Part shown: piece after piece, positions 47,642 through 60,031 of the stretch
How the letters are laid out: each line of letters starts with the position of its first letter
Position numbering within the stretch: the stretch's first letter is position 1
Assembly (NCBI GenBank): GCA_964035575.1
Contig: OZ037844.1
Location: 1,302,001-1,366,000 of the forward strand
Origin: Rhynchopus sp. YZ270_cl-10
Lineage: Eukaryota
Reading direction: 5' to 3'
DNA: 64,000 nt
Position numbers and translations under genes: made by a program
The notes under the pieces: model-generated
The model's input: only the letters and a program-made list of their open reading frames with translations
The model's database searches: none
What the model was told of the DNA's origin: nothing

Positions 47642-50437
47642 TAGGGGGTACGACTCCAGCCATTTTTTGCGCACGGAAAATTCATTTGGCATTATCTGGT
47701 CATCTCCAAGGCAACTGCGGGTGAAAAACACCCTCAGAGTGGGTCACAGGGGGCCTGTGGGTCGAAAAACGACCCAGAAGCCACCCCAAAATACAAAAAA
47801 ATGGAAAAAAATAGTGAAAAAACGGCTTTTTTCACGTTTTGGCCACTTTGGGCAAAATAGCGATTTTTCGAGAAAAAAATCAAAAACCGGGATATTTTTT
47901 GACATCACAAAGCCTCCTTTGGCACAAATATACCCCAAAAGTGGCCTGTGAGTCCATTCCAACCTGTTTTGGACATATTTGACACTTTTGGAAGTGTTTT
48001 TTTGGTGTTTTTAGGTCAAAAAAATGCCCAAGACGTCCCCAAGACATCCCCAAGACACTTTGCACACCCCCTGTTACGGTCATATTTTTTTCGTTTTTTT
48101 GCCTGAAACCCCCAAAATACCCCTCCCGGACCCCACATAGTCCCGAATATCCATCACACACCCACTCAGAGTGAGTAGAAGCACCCCAAAAAAAATATTT
48201 TTTAAAGCCCTTCAACTTCAACATGGATGCTGCCGAAACTGAAGCACAATTTTAGGGCTTTAACCCTATAAGAGCCAAGCCATATTTTCAAGCCACTTTT
48301 GAGTTTTTGTTTTTGGGGCTCTCCAACCGGTAAAGGGACCCCAGATGCAAATTTTTGATCGTACCTGGCCGCAATTGAAAGATTTTGAACACGGCTTTCA
48401 ATTCCATATTTTTAAGTTTTTTTTCGAAAAAAAATGTTATCCCCAAAATGAGGTGAGCATAAAATCCACTTTTTGGTTTTTTACTAATTCGGCCGGCCGA
48501 GGAAAAACACGTAAATTATTTCTGTCCGAAAATGGCGTTATTTGAAAGATTGATCACAAAATCTTTTCAAAGAAAAAAAAATCGAGCAAAAAGTCCTAGT
48601 AGAACCCAACTTATATGAGTGCAGCTCTGTTAGCAGCCATGTCTAAAACTGATTTCCTTAACGATTTACACTGAAACATGGCTAAAAACGTAAAAAAGGG
48701 GCGATTTTTCACAATTTGGGCATCTCCTGAGGTCGAAAGCCCCCAGAATGGGTCGGAACGACCCTGTGACCCGAAAATCCATGAAAAAAGCACCCCGAAA
48801 TACGAAAAAACAGTGAAAATTCGGCTTACTGTGTGCTCTGCATAGGTCGTGTGTGTGGGGTGTTTTTGTGGTTTTGGTGGCAACTCGCCCCAGCATCCAA
48901 ATGGCAAACAGATGCACAAAGGTTTTCGATTTTTGCTTATTTTAAAAGATTTGAGTCAAATAGTTTCCCCATGAACCAAAGGATTTTCACGAAAACAAGC
49001 AGAACCATTATCAGATCATGATGACCCTTAGCCATAACCATGTCCTTCGGGTCGAAAGGGTGCCTCTTGGGTGGGTAGCAGTCCACAGATCCCAAGTGCA
49101 ATCAGATGCGTAAAAGTTTTCGATTTTTGTTTCTTTTGAAAGATTCGTGTCAAAATCTTTGAAATATATAAAAATATTTTAACGAAAACGAGTAGAACCT
49201 CATACAGAGCATGGGGTGTCATTGAGGAACCAGAATAGGGGGTGCTCGTCCAAAGGGCTTTGAAAAGTGGCACGACTCCCCCCAGCATCGAAAGTATTAT
49301 CTGATGCATAAAAGTTTTCGATTATTGCTTCTTTTGAAAGATCGGTGCAAATTCTTTCCACATAAAAAAAATGTTTTTACGAAAATGAGTAGACCCTATG
49401 TCAGAGCACGTTGTCCTACAGATTTTAGAATGTGGGGGGGTCACAGGGGTGCCCACACCCCTACCCCGCCTCCCCCCAGCATCGAAAGTAATATCCGATG
49501 CATAAAAGTTTTCGATTCTTGCTTCTTTTGAAAGATCGGCGAAAAATCTTTCGAAATATATAAAAATATGTGTTCACAAAAATGGGTAGAACCCGACTGA
49601 GGGCTTGTAGGCATTGGGTATCGTGAAAGGTACATATTTGGGGTGTGGGTGAAAAAACGTCACTTTTGGTGAAAGTAGCACCCCAGCCCCCAGCACCGAA
49701 AGTAATATCCGATGCATAAAAGTTTTCGACTCTTGCTTCTTTTGAAAGATCGGTGCAAATTCTTTCCACACAAAAAAAATGTTTTTACGAAAATGAGTTG
49801 AACCTGTCTAAAATCATGGCGTCATTTCGAAAGCCATTAAAGTGGCTCTTGGCTCTTATAGGGTTAAAAAATATTTTTTTTGGGGTGCTTCTACTCACTC
49901 TGAGTGGGTGTGTGATGGATATTCGGGACTATGTGGGGTCCGGGAGGGGTATTTTGGGGGTTTCAGGCAAAAAAACGAAAAAAATATGACCGTAACAGGG
50001 GGTGTGCAAAGTGTCTTGGGGATGTCTTGGGGACGTCTTGGGCATTTTTTTGACCTAAAAACACCAAAAAAACACTTCCAAAAGTGTCAAATATGTCCAA
50101 AACAGGTTGGAATGGACTCACAGGCCACTTTTGGGGTATATTTGTGCCAAAGGAGGCTTTGTGATGTCAAAAAATATCCCGGTTTTTGATTTTTTTCTCG
50201 AAAAATCGCTATTTTGCCCAAAGTGGCCAAAACGTGAAAAAAGCCGTTTTTTCACTATTTTTTTCCATTTTTTTGTATTCTGGGGTGGCTTCTGGGTCGT
50301 TTTTCGACCCACAGGCCCCCTGTGACCCACTCTGAGGGTGTTTTTCACCCGCAGTTGCCTTGGAGATGGCCAGATAATGCCAAATGAATTTTCCGTGCGT
50401 TTGGTCCCAGCCAAAATGGCTGGAGTCGTATCCCCTA
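47642..50437. mobile_element. TAGG-ended foldback element E2 with ~570-bp inverted arms and internal ~200-bp direct repeats
   Basis: TIR TAGGGG[G/A]TACGACTCCAGCCATTTT. Arms 47642-~48205 and ~49865-50437 give mirror ORFs on opposite strands. Flanked by G17 and G12. Confidence 0.85.
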
Positions 50438-50449
50438 GGGGGGGGGGGG

Positions 50450-51855
50450 TAGGGGGGGTCACATCCCATGTTAAAAGTGAGGACACCGACCAAAAAAAAT
50501 TTTTTTTGAGAAAAAAATGGACATCACCCTGAAAAACCAGAAAATATGGTCCCCAGGTGACCTACAATTCAATTCCGCCTGGTTTTGGACACTTCTGAGC
50601 ACTTGTGGGGGTCTAATTCGAATTTTTCAAAAAAAAAATAACGGCCTGGGACAGGGTTTGTACTTTGGCACCTTTCAAATCGGGGTACAAACAAAACCCA
50701 TTAAAAACACCGTTGGAACGCATTGAGAGGGCGGGAAAAGTACCGGGGGCACTGGATCGGCAGTTCTACGCCAAGTCCGCTCTAAAATCCTTGTGTAGGC
50801 GCAGTGGAATGGCAGTAAAGGCAAAGCGCCGTATCCACTGTGGAGTAGGCCTGCTGAAGGTGTCCTCAGAGGCGATTCTGCAAGCCCTGGGGAGATTGGG
50901 TTTAAGAAAACACGCGAAAAGGGGAGGAAAGTGACGTGTGTGGCATTGGGCCTCCCACGCGTCCTCCTCGCGGGTCATTGCGTATTGCTTGTCGTCAAGC
51001 AGTCTGGCCTTGCCACATTGGAGCAGTGTGCCTAAGTTCCCAATACGGCGTTCCTTGTCCCTGTGAGCTTTGAGTACGCCCCGCTCTTGCCGCTATATTT
51101 TGTGGCGTGCCTGTCCGTCTTCAGGAGGGATGTCTCTTTCCTCCCACAATAATCTGAGTGTGGGGTCTGAAGAAGATAAAGAAGACGAGGCAGATGCGGG
51201 TCGGTGCTTTAGTCGAGTCTATGACTAGATATCCATATACGTGGCTAGTACAGGGCTATTGCAGACTGAACTGCAAAACCAAGGGGAGGAATTGGGCATT
51301 TCAATATCTGGAAAGTCATACGAGGTGTTTCTTTTAAAAGGAAGGTACCCTGAGGGACCGGGTGAGGCAGTGACGGCAGATCTGCTCGATAATTTACACC
51401 TGACTAATTTTCCTCCCTAAATTGATCACTCCCTGGCCTATTAATGGTGTGGGTACCTAAGCGCGTGTATACATTGGTCACTACGACCCACAAAATACAG
51501 ATGCCAGGTGACCGTCTTGTCTTCTTTTGGCTGTATTCAAACGCAATTAGATGACATTAGGCAAGATGTATCCTTTACTTCCTAAAATATGAGTCATGGG
51601 CTGTTGCCATGGCCATATCTCGTTTATGTGCTAAAAAATAGGAATATGCAAGGTACAGACCCTGTCCCAAGACCCCTTTTTTTTTCGGAATTTTGATTTT
51701 CTGGTCACTTCCGGTCACTATTTTTGGTATTTTCGGGCCTCCAGGACGTTTTCCGGGGGGTCTTGGGTAGTGACTTGTGGGGTCGGACACTGCGCTGCGC
51801 GTAGAATTCAAAAACCCTGAAAAAATGCATTGTCCTCCCCTTGTGACCCCCCCTA
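50450..51855. mobile_element. TAGG-ended TIR element E3
   Basis: TIR TAGGGGGGGTCACA / TGTGACCCCCCCTA. Subterminal inverted match gggacagggt.tgtac. Confidence 0.75.
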
Positions 51856-51857
51856 GG

Positions 51858-52738
51858 CATAGGTGCCGGCCGAGTCGTTTTTGGGCGAGTTGTCCGAACT
51901 CCACGATTTTACCAAACAACTCGCCCAAAACTCGCACAACTCGGCCACAACTCGCCCTATACTCGGCACAACTCGCCCACAACTCGGCCACAACTCGCCC
52001 ATTTTTACAGGCAAAAACATACAGGGATGGGAGGGGACGTTGTAAGGTTACACACATGTAACGTTGGTACAACACATGATCTCAAGAAAAACAACCAGGG
52101 CTAAGGCCAAACGCCACTCATTACATGCACCTTGTCATATGACTAGTCATAGGTGGTAACTAGGTCGTGGTGGTCCATGGGTCACCGTGCACACTCACGG
52201 TTTTTGGTAATTGCTGGGGGGAATGGGATTTTCTCCGTACATGGCTACCCACACAGAACACACGGTTCCCCAGACATCTGTCAGGCAATCACTGATTCAC
52301 TTCACACAGGTCGGGCAGGCGCCGCCTGCTCATCCTCTTTTCCTGTCTGCTATCGATTCCAGGTTCACAACGTTCGCACGTTCAGTCAAAATGCTTTGGG
52401 CGACGACTTCCCTTGGGATACAAAGCATACAAAACCACCCAAAGCGCACATTCACAGACCAGCTGTGAAGCGGCAAAGAGTCGTTCAAGCTGAGATGCAC
52501 AAGATAAAATGTGATGTGGTGCACCTGTGCACCTGTGCACCTGTGTACCTGTGTACCTGTGTACCTGTGTACCTGTGTACCTGTGTACCTGTGTACCTGT
52601 GTACCTGTGTACCTGTGTACCTGTGTACCTGTGTTTAAAAAATGCCAAAAAAAAACAACTCGCCCAAAAAAAATGGGCGAGTTGTTGGGCGAATTTGGGC
52701 GAGTTGCCGAGTTGTTTTTAACTCGCCGGGCACCTATG
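51858..52738. mobile_element. CATAGGTGCC-ended MITE, 6-bp TSD CCTAGG, carrying (GTGYACCT)14
   Basis: CCTAGG at 51852-51857 and 52739-52744. Highly similar to 46800-47620. Confidence 0.88.
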
Positions 52739-52764
52739 CCTAGGGGGGGGGGGGGGGGGGGGGG

Positions 52765-53953
52765 TAGGTGGGGGCAAAACCTTCAGGACGGGTGAGGCAT
52801 TTTGACTTTTTTGGACTTCCGCGCAAAGTACCCACAAACCACCCCTCATACCCACCCAGAAATGGGTCAGAAACACCCTGTGACCCGAAAATCCATGCTA
52901 AGGGCGACTCAGAATATGAAAAAATGCAAAAAAATAGTGAAAAAGTGGCCTTTTGACGGTTTTGGCCATGTTGGGTAAAATGGCCATTTTTGGACAAAAA
53001 AATCAAAAAAACAGCAAAATTTCGACGTCATGACAGCTGCTTGGGCACAAACCTACCCCAGGGAGGTCCTGTGAGTCCATTCCGACCTGTTTTGGACACT
53101 TTAGGTACTTTTTTTGGCCGTTTTTTGGTGTTTTTAGGTCAAAAAATACCCTGGACTTTACCCTGGACGTCCCTGGGCCGCGACTTGCGCCCTGCTTTTG
53201 GACCCACTCTGGGCCAAAAAATGGGTGAAAACCCCCGAAAAAGCACTCCGGGAACCCAGATAGTTCCAAATATCCACCAGAAACCCACCCAAACACCTCA
53301 AAAACATGCCAGAAAAATATTTTCAAAAACACACTTTTTTCAAAAAGTTCATCTGGGCAGGTTCCATAATGACTTATTTGAAAAAGTGTGTTTTTAAAAA
53401 TATTTTTCTGGCATGTTTTTGAGGTGTTTGGGTGGGTTTCTGGTGGATATTTGGAACTATCTGGGTTCCCGGAGTGCTTTTTCGGGGGTTTTCACCCATT
53501 TTTTGGCCCAGAGTGGGTCCAAAAGCAGGGCGCAAGTCGCGGCCCAGGACGTCCAGGGTAAAGTCCAGGGTATTTTTTGACCTAAAAACACCAAAAAACG
53601 GCCAAAAAAAGTACCTAAAGTGTCCAAAACAGGTCGGAATGGACTCACAGGACCTCCCTGGGGTAGGTTTGTGCCCAAGCAGCTGTCATGACGTCGAAAT
53701 TTTGCTGTTTTTTTGATTTTTTTGTCCAAAAATGGCCATTTTACCCAACATGGCCAAAACCGTCAAAAGGCCACTTTTTCACTATTTTTTTGCATTTTTT
53801 CATATTCTGAGTCGCCCTTAGCATGGATTTTCGGGTCACAGGGTGTTTCTGACCCATTTCTGGGTGGGTATGAGGGGTGGTTTGTACGTACTTTGCGCGG
53901 AAGTCCAAAAAAGTCAAAATGCCTCAAAAAAATAGGGGTTTTGCCCCCACCTA
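52765..53953. mobile_element. TAGG-ended palindromic element E4
   Basis: TIR TAGGTGGGGGCAAAACC. Near-perfect inverted arms around a short loop at ~53345-53377. Preceded by G22. Confidence 0.85.
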
Positions 53954-53955
53954 GG

Positions 53956-54794
53956 CATACTGTGCGGGCGAGTAAAAAAAACTCGCCTACTCGCCAAAAA
54001 CTCGCCTAAAACTCGCCCATTTTTGGGGGGCGAGTTTTGGCGAGTTTTTTTTTTGGTAGGGATTTTACCTTGGGAAAAGTGTACACACGAAAATATGAGG
54101 GAAATTTGAGTTTTGAAGAGAAAAATTTTTTCGTTCCACTTGAACAAGACCTCTACAGTTTGCTTTGTAGGCTTCCACAACCAGTACCACCAGTCCAGCT
54201 GTAGCTTCTGCGGATCCATGAAGTTTGCACAGATGGGTGCGATGTAGTCGTGGTGGAATACCGCCAAGGGGTGGCCTGCAGGGTTGCCATTTACCGGCAT
54301 GGCGAGGACATTGTTGTATAGCGAGTGTAGCCCCGGCTCATGTCTTCGTCATCCTCCGGATTGTAGCACGTCTTGTCCCCCGGGATCTATGGCACGCTTG
54401 GATCTTCCCCTGGAGCAAATGTTTACATACATGCCTGTCAGCCACTGCCGTGACATGGTTGCCTTTAGACGTACAAGTGACACAATTTCAATTTTTTTGT
54501 GTGTTTTCGAGTGGCATGTTGTCATCAGTCACCCCCGCCCTCCATTTTCACATCCTGGTGCACATTTTCACCCCCAAGGTGCGTATGTGCACCAGGATTT
54601 GCACCCAAATGTGGGCGAGTTTAGGCGAGTTTAGGCGAGTTTTTGGCGAGTTTAGGCGAGTTTTGGCGAGTTTTTGGCGAGTTTTGGCGAGTAATAGGCG
54701 AGTAATGGGCGAGTAGGGCGAGTTTTTGGCGAGTTTTTCCTGAAAATCAGGAAAACGAAAAACTCGCCTAAAAACGGCTCGCCTGCACAGTATG
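53956..54794. mobile_element. CATACTGTGC-ended MITE, 6-bp TSD CCTAGG
   Basis: TIR CATACTGTGC[G/A]GGCGAG. CCTAGG at 53950-53955 and 54795-54800. Subterminal ggcgagtt arrays. Confidence 0.88.
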
Positions 54795-54817
54795 CCTAGG
54801 GGGGGGGGGGGGGGGGG

Positions 54818-56007
54818 TAGGTGGGGGCAAAACCCCTATTTTTTTGAGGCATTTCGATTTTTTTGGATTTACGCGCAAAGTACCCGCAAACCACCGAAAA
54901 TTTCGGGTCAGAGATGGTTTTGGGGTGTGGTTTGGGGGTGTTCTATAGGTGAGACACCCCAGAGATACAAAAAAATGGAAAAAAATAGCAAAAATAGACC
55001 ATTTTGGCCGTTTGGGCCATATTGGTCAAAATGGCCATTTTTGACCAATATTTCAAAAAAAAAGCAAAATTTTGTCATCATTAGGCCTGTCTGGGCACAA
55101 ATATGCCCCAAAAATGTCCCGCGAGTCCATTCCGACCTGTTTTGAACACATTTATCGCCCTTTTTGGTGTTTTTTTTGGTGTTTTGAGGTCAAAAAATAT
55201 CCCCTGACTATCCCCTGGCAGCCCTGGGCCGCGACTTGCGCCCTGCTTTTGGACCCCCTCTGGGCCAAAAAAATGGGTGAAAACCCCCGAAAAAGCACTC
55301 CGGGAACCCAGATAGTTCCAAATATCCACTAGAAACCCACCCAAACACCTCAAAAACATGCCAGAAAAATATTTTCAAAAACACACTTTTTTCAAAAAGT
55401 TCATCTGGGCAGGTTCCATAATGACTTATTTGAAAAAGTGTGTTTTTGAAAATGTTTTTCTGGCATGTTTTTGAGGTGTTTGGGTGGGTTTCTAGTGGAT
55501 ATTTGGAACTATCTGGGTTCCCGGAGTGCTTTTTCGGGGGTTTTCACCCATTTTTTGGCCCAGAGGGGGTCCAAAAGCAGGGCGCAAGTCGCGGCCCAGG
55601 GCTGCCAGGGGATAGTCAGGGGATCTTTTTTCACCTAAAAACGCCAAAAAACGGCCAAAAAAAGTACCTAAAGTGTCCAAAACAGGTCGGAATGGACTCA
55701 CAGGACCTCCCTGGGGTAGTTTTGTGCCCAAGCAGCTGTCATGATGTCGAAATTTTGCTGTTTTTTTGATTTTTTTGTCCAAAAATGGTCATTTTACCCA
55801 ACATGGCCAAAACCGTCAAAAGGCCACTTTTTCACTATTTTTTTGCATTTTTTCATATTCTGAGGTGCCCTTATCATGGATTTTCGGGTCACAGGGTGTT
55901 TCTGACCCATTTCTGGGGGTGTATGAGGGGTGGTTTGTGGGTACTTTGCGCGGAAGTCCAAAAAAGTCAAAATGCCTCACCCGTCCTGAAGGTTTTGCCC
56001 CCACCTA
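54818..56007. mobile_element. TAGG-ended palindromic element E5 (relative of E4)
   Basis: TIR TAGGTGGGGGCAAAACC. Same central loop as E4. Flanked by G19 and G13. Confidence 0.85.
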
Positions 56008-56292
56008 GGGGGGGGGGGGGAAATCTTTTCCCCTTTTACCATACTTGGACCGCCCGAAATATATTTCGGGCATTTCGGGCGATTTCGGGCGAATTAGGGG
56101 CGGATTTCGGGCGATTTTGTGCGCCCGAATTCGCCCGAAAACGCCCGAAGTCGCCCGAAATGCAGATTTCGGGCGAATTCGGGCGCTTTTTCCGTAGTGA
56201 AAACCGACTAGGTAGGGTTCTACTCATTTTCGCAAAAAACTTTCATACTGTGGGTGTTATAACGTTATCTATAACGTTAATAACGTTATTAA

Positions 56293-57733
56293 CCCCTGGA
56301 ACACCAATTTGAAAAAAAGCGTCTATTTTGATAACGTTTAGGATAATGAGCTCGTAACCGGTCGCAATGGAAAGATTTTTGAATTTTCGGTATATATGAG
56401 TATGAGACTAGGAGTTTGGTCTAAAGGGAAATACCCTATTCCCTAGAGGGGTCCCTCGGGCGAGACGCTTTTTTGCATGCATTGTGACGCAGCACCCGGA
56501 ATGCCACACACAGTGCGGGCTGCAAAATCATTTCAAAAAAGGAAAACTCTTGTTGCATTGTACGCAGATTCACTAAAATCTTTCAAATAAAAAAAAAAAT
56601 CGAGCAAAAAGACCTAACTGGCTTCTGCGAGTGGTCTGCCTCAGATACACACCCCCAAATAGGGGGTAAAAATAGGGGTAAAATCACAAAACGCTCCCCG
56701 GACAAAACACCCAAAACGCGCACCTACCCGCACCGACCGCTTCAAGGGTCTGTAGGTGCGGAACTGCAGACGCCCTCTGTGTTTCACCATTGTCTCGTCA
56801 ACACTGAGACCTGCCGAAGGTGGTCTGAAGATCTCGACCCACTTCGCCTCGAGCAATTCCATCAAGGAACGGCACTTGTGCATGGGTCATTACTCGCTGT
56901 GTCTTCGTACGTTGTGGTGTCGGTAAATTTTTCTACACACAAAAAAACTTCTTTGGGGTTTACGAAGACCCCAAGAGCACACAAAAACAAGCTGGAAAGT
57001 GGTCAGCTTCAAAGCCTGCTGCTACGTCCGCAAAAAAGCAAAGACGCGTGTAGGTGGGGGTCTTGGGTAGTTTGTCAGGGGAGCGTGTTGTAATGTTGAC
57101 CCTATTTTTACCCTATTTTTACCCCCTATTTGGGGGTGTGTATCTGAGGCAGACCACTCGCAGAAGCCAGGTAGGTCTTTTTGCTCGATTTTTTTTTTAT
57201 TTGAAAGATTTTAGTGAATCTGCGTACAATGCAACAAGAGTTTTCCTTTTCTGAAATGATTTTGCAGCCCGCGCGGTGTGCGGCATTAGTCGGTGATTCC
57301 GGGTGATGTGTCCGGTTGTATGAAAAAAAGCGTCTCGCCCGAGGGACCCCTCTAGGGAATAGGGTATTTCCCTTGAGACCAAACTCCTAATCTCATACTC
57401 ATATATACCGAAAATTCAAAAATCTTTCCATTGCGACCGGTTACGAGCTCATTATCCTAAACGTTATCAAAGCAGACACTTTTTTTCAAACCCTCTTGCA
57501 AGAGGGTAGAAAAATCGTTTTTTGCCGCTTTTTACCCTTCGATTCCGAGTTGTTCCGTCTAGGGACGCAGGGGAGTCATGGGACTTCTACTACTCAAATC
57601 AAATCTTCTTTTTTTATAATTCCGGTCAAATTCTCGCGCGGATTCCAATGGAAGCATCAGATTTCAGTTTTGACAAGTAGAATGCAAAATGAATTTTTCC
57701 AAAACATATATATATGTGCTGGCGTTCCAGGGG
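56293..57733 (-). mobile_element. Defective piggyBac element with transposase remnant and long internal inverted repeats
   Basis: TTAA at 56289-56292 and 57734-57737. TIR CCCCTGGAAC[A/G]CCA. Minus-strand remnant KCRSLMELLEAKWVEIFRPPSAGLSVDETMVKHRGRLQFRTYRPLK (~56740-56880) resembles the piggyBac lsvDE.M..f.Gr..f..Y.p.K motif. Inverted arms ~56308-56690 / ~57090-57490. Confidence 0.85.
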
Positions 57734-59627
57734 TTAAAAGTGTTATTTTTGTTATTTTTTTTCCTATCTACTTCTAAGGGCCAGGAGTGGTTCGGAACGT
57801 GCCCAAAACCCCCCAAAAAAATTTTTTGGGGGGGTTACAACAAAAAAAATGCCCCAAAAACATGTTTTTTTCATATTTTAAAAAAAATCCAACAAAAAAA
57901 GTGTTATTGGAGTGTTATTTGAGTGTTATTTTCAACATTTTTCCCCACAAAAATGCCAAAAATGCCAGATTTTGCCAACAAAAATACCAAAAATGGCCAA
58001 AAGTTACATATTTTTACCTCCTACACACCAAAAATCCACCAAAAATGTGTCCCGAGAAAAAATGAGTCCCAAAAATAGCCACTCTCAAAAAAGTTCCTAT
58101 TTAAAAATTCTTCCAAAACATAACTTACAATTAGTAGTTTTCATTGACGCGCAATTATTGACGAGCACAAAATTCTGTTACAGGCGTGCAATGTGTAACC
58201 GCTAAAGACGCCTCCCTAAAGCGATGGTGGTAGGTGAAGGGGAGGGAGGAGGTGAAAAGTGCAAGGGGGGTCTGGAGGACCCCGGGAGAGCTTGGTCGAC
58301 GTACCCGCGTAATGCAGGATACATAAAGACGCGTTCCTCCGTCCCAGATGGGTCATCGCTTGCACTTCTTCATTGAACCAACGACCTCCGTTGTTTTGGT
58401 CACCCCGGCTCGCTGATTTTGAGACCAAATATTTTCCCCAGCAATTTTTACCCACAAAAAATTGAGAATTTTTTATTTTTGCTGCCTGCCATATGTTGTG
58501 CAGGTCTGGAGTGGAAGCGTGTAATTACAAATACTTAGTTACACAGTTTCCACTCATTTTCCACAGAAAAATCCCAGACCTAGACCCATCACAAGAGCTT
58601 GCCAAGAGCTTGTAATAATCTACAAAACTCTAATAATACTCTAATAAATCACTCATAATTGATTTTAGTTTTGTTTTACACCACCCCCATAGACCACCCT
58701 AATTATTATGAAACTCTTAGTCAGTCACTGCTATAGCCATTTAACCCAGGGAGCATAGCGTGTGCAAGAAATTCGACTTTGGAAACCTTCTGGAAAGTCT
58801 GTCCTCTGCTCGCGGAGGACTAGGCAAGAAAATATTGCGTTCCCCCAGAAACCAGTTTTTGTCACAGTAATTTTGGCCCAGGGCATGCTCTTGAAGCATG
58901 GCGGCTTGGTGTGAGAAGGGGCAGTGTGTTGTTTTGTTCGATTTCAACGGTTGTTAGAACGAGTCAAGTGGATGCTTATCTAAACACTGACTTTAGTACA
59001 GACCCGAGAGATCACACATGACTTTGAGGAAAGAACAAAGCAATGCATCTGTACCCGCACGCCAGGTTGTAGTTACTTCAGAATTTTCTTAAGTTTGACG
59101 AAGGTAGTAGCCTAATGACAACCATGTGGTGGCTGTAATTCACATCCCTTAGAATTACCAGAATTCAGCCTTTGTTGAAGTAACGTGCATACTTGTATGT
59201 GCGTGTCACGCTTCTCCACCCTTAAATGGGTGCACATGCACGAAGATTTAGTAGGCAAGTGGTAACCCTTCTCGACTAGTGCAAACTTAAGAATTTTCTG
59301 CTGGAACTTACCAAAATCGATTTTCTTTCACCCCAAACACCCGCAACACCCCACCTGCTACTTCGGTAGCCTGTGTTGTTGGGAGTTGGTTCTCATGTTG
59401 ATCCCCAGTGTCTTGCACTGCTTCTTCTGAGCCCAACGCTGTTTGGCCTGTCGACGTAATAAATACGAAGACAGGGGGGCGGTGCCAACAATTTTCCAAT
59501 GATGTAACGTTTATCTGATTGATTTATCGGTTGATATACCTTGGCAATGCTTGTGTGCTACTTCATGCACACCAAGAAAGGTATATTGAACGGTACTTTC
59601 AAGCGATACTTCGTTATGTCATTGGGG

Positions 59628-60031
59628 GTTATTTTTGTTATTGCGTTATGGTACCCAGGTGCCCAGGCACAGGCACCCAGGTCCAGGTACCCACGTACAC
59701 AGGTACCCAGGTACCCAGGTACACCGGCACTGTGTACTGGGTACCTGGGTACCTGGGTACCTGGGTACCTGGGTACCTGGGTACCTGGGTACCTGGGTAC
59801 CTGGGTACCTGGGTACCTGGGTACCTGGGTACCTGGGTACCTGGGTACCTGGGTACCTGGGTACCTGGGTACCTGGGTACCTGGGTACCTGGGTACCTGG
59901 GTACCTGGGTACCTGGGTACCTGGGTACCTGGGTACCTGGGTACCTGGGTACCTGGGTACCTGGGTACCTGGGTACCTGGGTACCTGGGTGCCCGGGTGC
60001 CTGGGTACCATAACGCAATAACAAAAATAAC
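59628..60031. repeat. (GGGTACCT)n array (~31 copies) bracketed by a 32-bp perfect inverted repeat
   Basis: gttatttttgttattgcgttatggtacccagg (59628-59659) is the reverse complement of 60000-60031. Array ~59739-59990. Confidence 0.9.

Noticed and set aside
50665..51350. Possible coding remnant inside E3 (similarly 54130-54480)
   Set aside because: Only short interrupted ORFs with no transposase or other motif I can recognise.
59739..59990. Telomeric repeat
   Set aside because: The unit GGGTACCT is not TTAGGG-like, is internal, and lies within a TIR element.
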